A stretch of 64,000 nucleotides of DNA. Source: Bacillota bacterium (GTDB lineage: Bacteria > Bacillota > Sulfobacillia > Fermentithermobacillales > Fermentithermobacillaceae). The notes beneath the pieces were generated by a model. The model did no database searches. It was not told the origin of the DNA and worked only from the letters and a program-made list of their open reading frames with translations. Positions within the stretch are counted from its first letter, which is position 1. Each line of letters starts with the position of its first letter. Both the position numbers and the translations under genes were made by a program. Below, piece after piece: positions 28,753-38,528 of this stretch. Location: contig JAXGQX010000008.1 of NCBI GenBank assembly GCA_040766225.1, positions 6,311-70,310 of the forward strand, given 5' to 3'.

Positions 28753-29657
28753 GTGCCACGTCCCTTGCACATCATTGTTTGTATCAAACAGGTTCCAAGC
28801 ACCTCAAACGTCGAAGTTGACCCGGTTACCGGGGTGCTCAAGCGTGCCGGCACCAAAGGCAAGATGAATCCTTATGACCTGTTCGCCTTGGAACAGGCAT
28901 TTTTGTTGAAAGAGCAGTACGGCGGTTCGGTTACCGTTCTGTCCATGGGGCCGGCTCAAGCAAAGGAAGTCCTGTACGAGGCGATGTACATGGGCGCGGA
29001 CTCGGCGGTCCTTGCCAGCGATAGACGGTTCGCGGGAGCGGACGTCTTGGCTACCGGCTATACGCTGGCCCAGTGTGTTCGCAAGATCGGAGCGTACGAC
29101 CTCATCATCTGCGGAAAGCAGACGACGGACGGGGACACCGCCCAAGTGGGGCCTGAGATGGCGGAACTCCTAGGAATACCCCACGCCTGCAACGTGCTCT
29201 CGGTGGAGTGGGAGTCGGATAGCGCTTGCTCGGACAGCGCGTGCTCGGACGGCACTTCCTCGGACATCGCCCGCGTGCACGGTGCCGACACGGAGAATCC
29301 CTGCTCAGGCGACGCATCCCGGCACGGCGCTTTCACCCTGAAGGTCAACATGGACAACTCCATCTACACCGTCCAAACGAGGACGCCGTGTCTCATCACC
29401 ATGGACAAGGACATGAACACTCCCCGCCTTCCGTCCTACCTTCGAAGGCGTAAGGTGGGAAATGTTCCGATATCGGTGTGGAGCATGGATGATCTTCCGG
29501 ACAGGGACGAATCCCACTATGGCCTCACCGGCTCGCCAACTCAAGTGGAGAGGATCTTCCCGCCGGAGGCGAACCGGGACCGCGAATGCTTGCGGGAAGC
29601 GGCGAGGAAGTGGCCGACCGGCTCTACTCGCTGCTCCGGGAGAAAAAGAGGATCTAG
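28753..29657 (+). pseudogene. etfB: Electron transfer flavoprotein beta subunit, C-terminal frame switch near 29575
   Basis: [62 protein letters not shown]. The expected tail, [18 protein letters not shown], ending at TAG 29655-29657, is in another frame from the track ORF tail. Contains a Ser/Asp/Cys-rich insertion at 29215-29266. Confidence 0.8.
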
Positions 29658-29666
29658 GGTGACACT

Positions 29667-31086
29667 ATGGCGCACATTGAAGTCGATCAGCAAAAGGTGA
29701 CGTCGGAGATAGCGGAGAGGCTGGCCTCGGTCTGTCCTTTCGGCGCTATCGTCGTGGATGAGAAGGGTCTCCGCATCGAGGACGACTGCAGGCTGTGCCG
29801 GCTCTGCCTAAAGGCCGACAAAGACGGTGTCCTGTCCCTCGTGGAAGAGAAGATAGCGGGGAAGGTGGCCGCGGAAGCGGCGGGCGAGGCGGCAGGCCAG
29901 GCAGCGGGCCAGGCGGCGGGGGAAGTGGCGAGCCAGGCGGCAGGCCAGGCAGCAGGCGAGGCCGCAGGCGAGGCCGCAGCGCAGGCGGCAGGGAAGATAG
30001 CGGGGCAAATGGCCGCGGAAGTCGACAAGAGCAGCTGGCGGGGGATAGCCGTCCTCACGGAGTGCCAAGGCGATACCGTTCACCCAGTTACCTTGGAGCT
30101 TCTGGGGAAGGCGAAAGAGATGGCGGCCCCCACGAAGGCTCCTGTTTTTGTGGTTGTGGTCGGCTGGCGGACGTCTTCGGCGGTCGATACGCTCAGGTAC
30201 TACGGTGCGGACAAGATTTACGTCTACGACGACAAGGCGCTAGAGCACTTCGAGCCGCTTCGCTACACCTCGTGCGTGGCGGATTTCGTCCAGAAGGTCA
30301 GGCCGTCCGTTATCATGGCCGGCGCCACGAGCTTGGGGCGCTCTTTGGCTCCACGGATAGCGGCGCGTTTTCGGACGGGCATCACGGCTGATTGCACAGG
30401 ATTGGAACTTCGCGAGAACAGTGATCTGGTTCAGAACAGGCCGGCGTTTGGTGGCAACATCATGGCCCAGATAGTCACTCCACGCACCAGGCCCCAGCTC
30501 TGCACGGTTCGTTACCGGGTCTTTGACGAGGCGGAGAAGCTGCGGAGCCGTGGGGGAAGTCGTGAGCATGCAGCTGCCCGACGGAATGGAAGATGCGGAC
30601 GCTCTCGTCGCCGATGTCTTGGCGAAGCCGAAAGAGCTGGACATTTCCGTAGCTGAAGTCATAGTCGCCGCCGGGCGAGGGGTCAAGGACGACGCCGGAC
30701 TTCAGCTTGTGAGGCAGTTGGCGGACAGGCTGGGCGCTCAACTTGCCTGTACCAGGCCGATGGTGGAAAACGGATGGTTCGATCCCAGGCGCCAGATAGG
30801 GCTTTCCGGGAGGACCGTCAAGCCGAAACTGATCATCACGGTAGGCGTCTCGGGCGCGGTGCAGTTCGCCGCAGGTATGAACCAGTCTGAGTACATCATC
30901 GCCATCAACAACGACCCGCAGGCCAGCATTTTCAACGTCGCGCACTTGGGCCTTGTAGGCGACTTGTACGAGGTGCTGCCGGCGCTCATGAGGCGGATCG
31001 ACGGCGACACGGATGGGCACACCGGCCACCAGACTGACGCGCGAACCGGTTGGTTCGCTGACGGGGAGGAGGGGCTACTACGCTAA
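29667..31086 (+). pseudogene. etfA: Electron transfer flavoprotein alpha subunit with N-terminal ferredoxin-like domain, frame switch near 30530
   Basis: N-terminus: CPFGAIVVDEKGLRIEDDCRLCRLC. Etf domain: GIAVLTECQGDTVHPVTLELLGKA, IMAGATSLGRSLAPRIAARF. ORF 30523..31086 supplies AAGRGV, LACTRPMVENGWF and GLSGRTVKPKLIITVGVSGAVQF. Confidence 0.8.
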
Positions 31087-31089
31087 GCA

Positions 31090-32467
31090 GAGTCGAAGCA
31101 GCGGATTTGGAATACCTACGGAGCTTCCTCCCGAGAACCGGGTCTTGCGGGCGCGGAAATCAGTCCGGATTACGCCCACGACGAGCTCGGCGGCGTGAAG
31201 AACGCCCCGATGTGTTGGTCCGCGTCCAATCCGCGGAGGAGGTCTCCAAGATTTCTCCTACGCGAACAAGCGGCTGTTGCCGGTGGTTACCGTGGAGCGG
31301 GACCGGCCTGGTCGGGGCGCAGTGGCGGTTCAGGGCGGCATCATGCTCGAGACGACCTTGATGAACAGGATCGTTGAGCTGGACGAACAGAACATGACGG
31401 TGACGGTCGAACCCGGCGTGTTGTTGATGGATTTGTCCAAGTACGTTCAGGACAGGGGATATCTGTATCCTCCGGACCCGGGCGAGACGTCGGCGACGAT
31501 TGGAGGAAACATCAGCACCAACGCAGGCGGTATGCGCGCGGTCAAGTACGGCGTGACCAGGGATTACGTGTTGGCCCTTACCGCGGTGTTGCCAACGGGC
31601 GAGATAGAGACGTTCGGTTCTAAGGTAGTCAAGAGCAGCTCGGGCTATAGCATCAGGGACCTGCTTGTTGGCTCCGAAGGGACGTTGGCGGTGATAGTCT
31701 CCGCGACCCTTCGCATCATCCCGTTCCCCAGGGAGATCGTCAGCCTGCTTGCGCCGTTTCCGACTTTCCAAGCAGCCGTCTCATCGGTGCCCGAGCTGAT
31801 CCGCTCAGGTACGGGCCCCACCGCCGTTGAGTTCTTGACCCGAGAGGTCATCTCTTTGGCCGAGGACTACCTCGGGAAGCGCTTTCCCCGAATCCAGGGT
31901 GATACTGCGCTCTTACTTACCTATGACGGGTTTTCCGCAGACGAGGTGCGGGAGCGTCTGGACAGGGCTTCCGAACTCTGCATCGAGAGAGGGGCCTACG
32001 ATGTCTACCAAGTCGATACGGAGGAGCGGCGGGCATCTGTCTGGACGGCCCGGGGCGCGTTCTTGGAGGCCATCAAGTCGTCGACCACCGAGTTTGATGA
32101 GTGTGACGTAGTTGTCCCGAGGAGTGAGGTAATCGGGTTCACGGAGTGCATCAACGAACTGTCCGGCAAGATAGGGCTGCGGATTCCATACTTCGGACAC
32201 GCCGGCGACGGCAATCTGCACGTCTACTTCTGCCGCGACGGTCTGGAGCAGGCTCTTTGGGAGAAGAAGCTTCAGGAGGGCTTTGACGTTCTCTATTCCA
32301 AGGCTGTGGAACTGGGAGGTATGGTCTCGGGCGAGCACGGGATCGGCTTCGCCAAGCGAGATTACCTTGCGAAGCGCCTCGGCCCTACTCAGATGGAGCT
32401 GATGCGCCGCATCAAGACGGCGTTTGACCCCAACGGTATCTTGAACCCGCATAAGGTCTGTACCTGA
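31090..32467 (+). pseudogene. FAD-linked oxidase (GlcD / lactate dehydrogenase LctD-like), N-terminal ~60 codons frame-broken
   Basis: ORF 31277..32467 is intact (VEPGVLLMDL, DPGETSATIGGNISTNAGGMRAVKYG, GTLAVIVSATLRI, GHAGDGNLH, SGEHGIG). Upstream, LEYLRSFLPENRVL, PDVLVRVQSAEEVSKI, RGAG, TGLVG and AVAVQGGIML lie in different frames. The start coordinate is approximate. Confidence 0.75.
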
Positions 32468-32627
32468 GGATGACTATCGCGATGACCTTCTAGACGGCCA
32501 CGTGGATGGCTCCAGTTGAGTATCTCCAGCTGGGTGCCTCCTCAGTTGAGCGCCTGCCAAGTCTGGTGTTGCCAACTAAGAACCCAGTCACCGAAAACCC
32601 ATCAACGCTACCTGTGGTGGCAGATTG

Positions 32628-32837
32628 ATGTTCTGTACGCAGCAGGTAAGAGGTTTGTTGCGCTGTACGGAGCAGGTAAGGGGTTAGTTGCTCTGTACGG
32701 AGCAGGTAGGTGGTTTACTGCTCTCCACAGAGCAGGTAAGGGGTTTGCTGCTCTGTACGGAACAGGTAAGGGGTTTGCTGCTCTGTACGAAGCAAGTAGG
32801 TGGCTGACTACTCTGTACGGAACAGGTAGGGGGTACT
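32628..32837. repeat. Seven exact-period 30-bp tandem repeats (consensus GCTGCTCTGTACGGAGCAGGTAAGGGGTTT)
   Basis: The CTGTACGG core recurs at 32633, 32663, 32693, 32723, 32753, 32783 and 32813. The best units contain CTGCTC-TGTACG-GAGCAG hairpin potential. Confidence 0.9.
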
Positions 32838-32876
32838 AGCCGCCTCAGGAACTCCTCGCCTGAGCGCGACGGACAG

Positions 32877-33536
32877 CTATCGAACATCGAGTCTATCAAA
32901 GTTCAGGCGGAAATGCCCTGTTGCCCAGTTCTTTCGGTATCCCAGAGCATTGTCTTCCACCGGACGCCCGCCACCGTGATGGATGATCAGTGGGACTCCA
33001 TTTCGCATGCGCTTGTCTGATACGATTCCGATGTGGTCGTGGCCGTCACCGAAGATGACTATGTCTCCAGGCTGCCATTCTCGCGCGTTATCCGCGTCCC
33101 AAGGTTTGACTTCCGTGGTGAGGGATTCTGAAGTCCTCGATAGGAAGGTGAAGAGGTTCGGCACTCTTCTGAAGTCGATGTTGGGGTCGGGCTTCCCGGA
33201 GACCCTGGGATAAAGATCAACAGCTTTGGCGATGTCCCGGTCCACCGAGGTCTTGAGGTCGTATCCCGCACTCCATAGGGCCCTCCACACCAAGTCTGTA
33301 CAGACTCCTTCGTTTTCGGGAGGATAGCCCCCCTCATAGTAAGCGCTCTTGTAGACGGGCCGGGCTTGCACCTGCTCCCGGGCGCCGCTGACTATGTCTA
33401 GCAGGTCGTCTATCCCGTTGCCGTTGGTGTCGACTCCCGAGAGGATTGTCTCGACGACCAAAGGTGGTCGGAAATCCCAGAGGATGCCCTTCCTCCAGCA
33501 CATGTACCCTGTGCCCGCGACCGCAAGAAGGAACAC
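32877..33536 (-). CDS. DUF1287 domain protein
   Basis: Intact 219-aa ORF with an N-terminal anchor. Contains YYEGGYPPENEGVCTDLVWRALWSAGYDLK, DPNIDFRRVPNLFTFL and GDIVIFGDGHDHIGIVSD, typical of DUF1287. Confidence 0.7.
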   Translation of the reverse strand: MFLLAVAGTGYMCWRKGILWDFRPPLVVETILSGVDTNGNGIDDLLDIVSGAREQVQARPVYKSAYYEGGYPPENEGVCTDLVWRALWSAGYDLKTSVDRDIAKAVDLYPRVSGKPDPNIDFRRVPNLFTFLSRTSESLTTEVKPWDADNAREWQPGDIVIFGDGHDHIGIVSDKRMRNGVPLIIHHGGGRPVEDNALGYRKNWATGHFRLNFDRLDVR

Positions 33537-33767
33537 GAGGACCCCCTACGAGGGGTCGCGCGTCTCGTCGTTTTCGCGGTGCTCGTAGAAAGTGCTCCTC
33601 ATGACGTCACGCTCCCGATAAGTGCCGGCTGCATCAATGTGCCGGCGATGTCCGTTGTTCGCAGCCCCTGGGTTCGACCCAGTAGGCGTACTATCCGCAA
33701 TTCTACCCGAGGAACCTAATAACAGGCGAAGGGCTTTCTTAAGAGTCTCTTAAGTTTCGAGAGCGCC

Positions 33768-33872
33768 GGACGGGGGCGGAAGCGGAGGAGGCAGGGGGTG
33801 GAGGAAGCGGGGAGGCGAGGTGGAGAGGCGGAGGGAGGCGGAGGCAGGTGGAGGGAGGCGGAGCGGTAGGTG
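33768..33872 (+). repeat. Purine/G-rich low-complexity tract (GGAGG/GGCGG runs)
   Basis: About 100 nt are almost free of C and T on the + strand, with many GG/GGG runs. Confidence 0.8.
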
Positions 33873-34105
33873 GCCACTAACAGGGCTGGAGGAATCCGCA
33901 TAGTGTATGGCGAAGTTTGTACCGATTAGCACTATCCAGCGGGTTACCAGCAGGTTGCCACCGGCTGGATGCACGGGGCGCAGAGACGTAGGCAGGGATG
34001 TACTGGTTATCAGAGTCGCTTACTGAACCGCGCACATCGGCATGAGTGAAGGTTTGACGACTAGAACCTAGATGGCTACTCGTTTTGTCCTGAGGGCACT
34101 GAACG

Positions 34106-34501
34106 GTGATCGGAGGATGGAACGTGAGGAAGCATCTGAGTGAGGTCATCGTGGGCATTGGAATCCTAGCGAGTGTGGTGACGTTCCTGTGGCCTGTACG
34201 ACCCACGTTCATCCACTGCCCAGGGATAGTCACGATAAGAGACGGTGAAGGCCCGTCCCAGAGGTTCTTCTTCAGAGACAACAACCTGCGAATATCTACT
34301 TTGAGGGAAGCTGGCTTGCTCGACGAAGGGCGTGGCTCTGGCGCAGTTCCTGAATCTACCTGTTGTGGCCGGACCGGCCTGAAGTCACTAGGTTGCTGTG
34401 TTGACACCAGAGTATTGGTGTTCACTCCAAAGGAAGCTGTCGAACTTGGGGATGCACGAGTCTCGCAACTCATCAATCTCCTACTCGACAATCCCTGGTG
34501 A
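34106..34501 (+). CDS. Hypothetical small membrane-anchored protein
   Basis: 131-aa ORF with an N-terminal TM helix (VIVGIGILASVVTFLW). The overlapping antisense ORF 33877..34491 has Ser/Pro/Arg-rich, implausible composition. Confidence 0.3.
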   Translation: MIGGWNVRKHLSEVIVGIGILASVVTFLWPVRPTFIHCPGIVTIRDGEGPSQRFFFRDNNLRISTLREAGLLDEGRGSGAVPESTCCGRTGLKSLGCCVDTRVLVFTPKEAVELGDARVSQLINLLLDNPW

Positions 34502-34691
34502 TTTCACAGTTTGCACTCGAACTCAGTACACGATTCGCTCGTTTTGCCGACAATACGTATAGAGTCGAAGGGTTTTGGTCACTATTGTAGTATGTGTCAC
34601 TGCGAGTCTGATGATTGGTATCGATTGTATGGTAGTTACATAGTGCTTGTGATAAGGTATTACGTATTCACATTTAGGAGACTAGTCAAAG

Positions 34692-35162
34692 GTGGTGTCC
34701 AGAATGGACCCGCAAGCTCTCAAGACACTGGATAGAGTCCTAGACGAATTGGAGTCTGGAGAGGAACTCCCCAGCGTTGATGAGCTTTCAAGGCAAGGCT
34801 TGATCCAGGTAGTCACCGAGCCGGGCTACTCACGAGAGGTTCTATTGGGGTTCCAGGAGAAGTACCTGATGCACTCCTGGCTGATTGAAACGGGCAACTT
34901 TGTCAGGGATCAGATTGCTACGGATGACCTTGACAGATGGGTTGAGGCTCTCAGAATCTTTAGGAAGGCTGGAGGAGAAGTATTCGATCTTCCTTTCCGC
35001 CCGAATATGGTCAGCTTCGCTCAACGAGGACAGGCCCGGGGAAAAAGGACTTCCCCGGACCTGTCTATCCAGCAGCCTCATAGTTTAAGCCAACGTTACC
35101 CTTGGCATCCCCGCCTGACTCTTTACTTAGTGGTTCTCTGCGCATCCGTGGTTTGCATATGA
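34692..35162 (+). CDS. Hypothetical protein (lower-GC island)
   Basis: 156-aa ORF. The first ~120 aa have ordinary soluble-protein composition. The tail overlaps the convergent ORF 35065..35466 and may be artefactual. Confidence 0.3.
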   Translation: MVSRMDPQALKTLDRVLDELESGEELPSVDELSRQGLIQVVTEPGYSREVLLGFQEKYLMHSWLIETGNFVRDQIATDDLDRWVEALRIFRKAGGEVFDLPFRPNMVSFAQRGQARGKRTSPDLSIQQPHSLSQRYPWHPRLTLYLVVLCASVVCI

Positions 35163-35466
35163 TCTCGCGTATCTCCAGGCCCTGTTCCGGGTGGAACATC
35201 CAGTGACTCAGCGCGCCCGTCGCAACTATTGCAGTGTCAGCGCACATTGAGACTACCTCTTCCCCTTGTTGCACCAACCCCGCATCGGTCGCCATCAACA
35301 CAGCCTGAACGCACAGGTGCATACCCGGAGATATGAGGCCCAGAGTCGCCTGGATGGCATCAGCTTGGGTCGCTGGTTCTGGAATTATGACTTCCTGGAA
35401 AGGCATAGTGCTCTGGACTACAGATATTCCCTTCGATTCAAGCTCTTTGCGGCGTTCCTTCTGCAA
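35065..35466 (-). pseudogene. Pyruvate-kinase C-terminal (alpha/beta) domain-like protein, N-terminal part frame-broken
   Basis: AVLMATDAGLVQQGEEVVSMCADTAIVATG resembles stand-alone PK_C proteins. Upstream (35470-35700, minus strand) EETVNYAIKRA and KIIAVTFPAGQVFADENQELF are readable in other frames. Confidence 0.35.
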
Positions 35467-35749
35467 GCTGTAGTGAACAACTCTTGATTCTCGTCTGCAA
35501 ACACTTGACCGGCAGGAAATGTCACTGCGATTATCTTAGGGGATCGCCTTCTTCTCAACGTCTCCGCAGCTTAAGCGGACCGACACCATCCGAGGTGAAC
35601 ATGACCAAATGTCTCACCCACGACCGTCTGGCCCTCTTTATTGCGTAATTGACGGTCTCTTCAATTTCTTCTTTCCGCCGTCATCATAGTAATAGATAGA
35701 TGAGGCCTTGGATCCGTTCATCTCATCTCCACCTGCTTTCTGAACCTCG

Positions 35750-36085
35750 TCAGAATTGTGTTATACTCGTCAGCGTGCTCCAGACAAAAAGGATAGTGGT
35801 GCGATTCACAGTAATTGAGTGCCATAACCGATGCAAGCAGAAGGTTGCTGCTATCTCAACCCTCGTACTGCCCTGGGAGAATTGAAGGTGATCGCCCAGT
35901 TGGTCTCTGCATTCGTCAGGTACGTTTGCGTGATCTTCTCGGTCTTCCGAGTTCTTGTCTATCCTAAACGACCACAGGTCAGGCACATTGGGTTGAAAGT
36001 GGTAACTGTATTTCAGGAACGAGATCTTGCCATCGTTCTCAACATCTGATGTTTCAGACCATGATGATCCGGCCAACATCTCCAA
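35750..36085 (-). pseudogene. Possible TumE-like (DUF6516) toxin remnant
   Basis: FLKYSYHFQ ... SFRIDKNSEDREDHANV resembles the KYS-x-x-Y ... RYDNE-x-G-x-GDH-x-H core of TumE-type proteins. An N-terminal continuation (36090-36290) is in another frame. Recognised from memory of the family only. Confidence 0.25.
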
Positions 36086-36767
36086 CTTCTATTATCTTGA
36101 CTGTGCCTTTGTAAGAGATATTATCTTGCCGTGTCTTGCGTGAATCCGATACGGGTCGGTAGGCGAGAGTTTTCCATCTGTGTAGACCTTATTTAGCACC
36201 TGAAGATAGCGATAAACGTCCACGCGCCTCTGTAGGTGGGTCTGCATAATGTCTTGAACTCGACGGATTTCTCGAAGAGGTGTCCTGAAGTTCAGTGTCG
36301 TCGTGATGACCCTGGCTTGAGCGTGATATCACTAGCGTGAACACCTCTGGCGTTGGACAGCGGCCTTCCGGCCTCGGGGACTTTCAGAGCCATTCTACGC
36401 AGTATGTGGCAACTCTTTCTCTGTGTCATGTCACGTGTAATCCGAAGCAGGGGATGACAGGTCAGAAGAAACACCTCAATTGGGAGTGAAGCAGGCTAAT
36501 AGGACGGGCTGACGAGAGTTCGTCGGGGTCTTGTCTCTATGTAGAGTTTCTGCAACGTGGTGGCCCTACTCAACCGAGTGGTGGGCCATTTTGCCCTATT
36601 GCGGGGACCAAGAGCGAAAATCCTCGTTGTGGAGCACGAATCTGGTCACGAACTCGAGGCGGCCAATCTGAACACGCTTTCGACGACGCCATTGGCAAAG
36701 CATGGGCAAGTCACATAATAGGGGAGATTGTGGCGAACGGGGAAGGGCCCTCATGCAGGCAACAAAG

Positions 36768-36844
36768 TGGTCGGGGAGACAGGATTTGAACCTGCGGCCT
36801 CATGGTCCCAAACCATGCGCGCTACCAAACTGCGCCACTCCCCG
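36768..36844 (-). tRNA. tRNA-Pro (anticodon TGG)
   Basis: Reverse complement CGGGGAGTGGCGCAGTTTGGTAGCGCGCATGGTTTGGGACCATGAGGCCGCAGGTTCAAATCCTGTCTCCCCGACCA folds as a cloverleaf. Anticodon loop TTTGGGA; CCA encoded. Confidence 0.9.
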
Positions 36845-36969
36845 ACGCACACCTCATTATACGAGATTTAGGTGCGCTTGCCAAACAGACAATACCCGCC
36901 AACAGCCAGAACTGCTCCGAAAAACAAAACAGTACCACAAGAAGGAAAACCGTGAACAGCGGCGAAACC

Positions 36970-37060
36970 TCCCAAACTAATTAGGATATCCCAACCAACT
37001 AGGAAATCTCAACCAACTAGAGCATCCCAGAGACTAATCAGCGTCCCAGACCCAATATCA
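36970..37060. repeat. Five ~18-bp tandem repeats TCCCAACCAACTAGRNNA
   Basis: Units start at about 36970, 36989, 37007, 37025 and 37044, between tRNA-Pro and the ABC substrate-binding gene. Confidence 0.8.
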
Positions 37061-37088
37061 TTGGCTATGGCAGCAAATCTGCCGAAGT

Positions 37089-37177
37089 GTCCATCAAAGT
37101 CCATCAGATTTCACTGGAGTCCATCAGAGTCCGTCGATGTCCACCTAGGTCCACTTAAGTCCACCAAGTCCATCAAG
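37089..37177. repeat. Eight GTCCAYC motifs spaced exactly 10 bp apart, ending at the RBS of the ABC substrate-binding gene
   Basis: GTCC starts at 37089, 37099, 37119, 37129, 37139, 37149, 37159 and 37168. The AAGGGAGGGG RBS and GTG 37192 follow immediately. Confidence 0.85.
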
Positions 37178-37191
37178 GGAGGGGCACCAGA

Positions 37192-38403
37192 GTGAAAAAG
37201 TCCATCGCAGGGTCACTATCGCTTTTTATGGTCATGGCGTTGGTTGTGGTGCTGGTGATGACGTCCTTGTCGGGCTGCGGTCCGAAGCCGACCGAGCCGA
37301 CGACGCCGGAAAACCCGGAACCGGGACCCATCAAGTTTTGCTTCCTTGCGCATGTCAGCGGCGATGGAGCGGTCTGGGGACAGGCCGAGGCCAACGGCGG
37401 CCTCTTGGCCGTGGAGGAGATCAATGCGGCAGGCGGCGTCCTTGGACGTCAGCTTGAGCTCGTCCTCGCCGATGGTCGCGGAAACGCGGCCGATGCCGTC
37501 AACGCGGTGAAAAAGGTACTGTCGGAGCACGAAATCGTGGCGATCCTAGGCTCCAACTACAGCGGCGTGAACCTTGCCACGGGTTCGGTCGCTGCCGAGG
37601 CGAAGGTGCCCCAAGTTTCGTCCTTTGCCACGAACCCGGCAATTACCATGAACGAAGATGGAACCGTCAAGCCGTATTCGTTCAGGCTTTGCTTCATTGA
37701 CCCGTATCAGGGCAAAGTCCTCGCTCACTTTTCCTACAAGGAACTGGAGAAGAAAACTGCCGCTGTCTTGTATAACATCAGTGATGACTACTCCATGGGG
37801 TTGACCGAGGCCTTCGTTCAGGAGTATGAGGGGCTCGGCGGCGAGATTGTCGGCACCTGGGCGTTCAAGGACGGTGACGTCGACTTCAGGCCGCAGCTGA
37901 GCGAGATCAAGGCGAAGGATCCCGAGGTGTTGATGCTGCCCATCTACTACAAGGAGATCGCCCTTATCGCCAAGCAGGCGCGAGAGCTTGGGATGGACAA
38001 GGTAGTGTTCATGGGCGGTGACGGCTCATCGGTGAAGATGCTGGAAATGGCCCATGATGAGCTGCAGAACAGCTACTGGGTATCCCACATGTTCGTGGAG
38101 GATCCCCCCGTCAAGGCCGTCAACGACAAGTACACCGAGAGGTTCGGCTACAGCCCCGAATACGGGAACTTCACCATGGGATATGACATGGTGTACTTCT
38201 TGAAGGATGCGCTTGAGAGGGCCGGCAAAGCGGAGGGCCAAGCCGTGAGGGACGCGATGGAGACCGCCACGAATGTCCAATTGGCTCACGCCCCCATCAC
38301 AATTGATCCGAAGACCCACAACCCGTTGAACAAGTCTGCCGTGATCATCAGGGCGGAAGATATGGAGTTCAAGTTGTTCCTGAAGTTCGCGCCGTCCGAG
38401 TAG
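37192..38403 (+). CDS. Branched-chain amino-acid-type ABC transporter substrate-binding lipoprotein (LivJ/LivK family)
   Basis: Intact 403-aa ORF. Lipobox LSGC; type-1 periplasmic-binding-fold strings (IKFCFLAHVSGDGAVWGQ, INAAGGVLGRQLELVLADGRGNAADAV, VAILGSNYSG); followed by livHMGF-type genes. Confidence 0.85.
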   Translation: MKKSIAGSLSLFMVMALVVVLVMTSLSGCGPKPTEPTTPENPEPGPIKFCFLAHVSGDGAVWGQAEANGGLLAVEEINAAGGVLGRQLELVLADGRGNAADAVNAVKKVLSEHEIVAILGSNYSGVNLATGSVAAEAKVPQVSSFATNPAITMNEDGTVKPYSFRLCFIDPYQGKVLAHFSYKELEKKTAAVLYNISDDYSMGLTEAFVQEYEGLGGEIVGTWAFKDGDVDFRPQLSEIKAKDPEVLMLPIYYKEIALIAKQARELGMDKVVFMGGDGSSVKMLEMAHDELQNSYWVSHMFVEDPPVKAVNDKYTERFGYSPEYGNFTMGYDMVYFLKDALERAGKAEGQAVRDAMETATNVQLAHAPITIDPKTHNPLNKSAVIIRAEDMEFKLFLKFAPSE

Positions 38404-38528
38404 CGGCGAGTTTCGCAGAGCTGAGGTCGGGGACCGGGAGAAACCCTGGGCCCCGACCGGGCCTTCACCATAGTCACTCAATGGTCACTTTAGAGGTGGC
38501 ACTCACGATTCGGCGAGGGGAGATCTGA

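Noticed and set aside
32628-32837. CRISPR array (30-bp hairpin repeat); also considered for 45447..45782 and 5665..6392
   Set aside because: The repeats are directly abutting with no unique spacers. No cas genes or leader are present in the window. Units drift in sequence the way minisatellites do.
32516-32839. 107-aa ORF encoding an ALYGAGKGFA decapeptide repeat
   Set aside because: The translation arises purely from the 30-bp DNA repeat. The N-terminal part has implausible composition (Trp/Cys/Gln-rich) and no Shine-Dalgarno.
36545-36700. IS/transposase remnant next to tRNA-Pro (FANGVVESV..., minus strand)
   Set aside because: The resemblance to transposase C-terminal motifs spans only ~10-15 residues. 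No inverted repeats or longer ORF are present. It is too weak to annotate and is mentioned only as context for the island.
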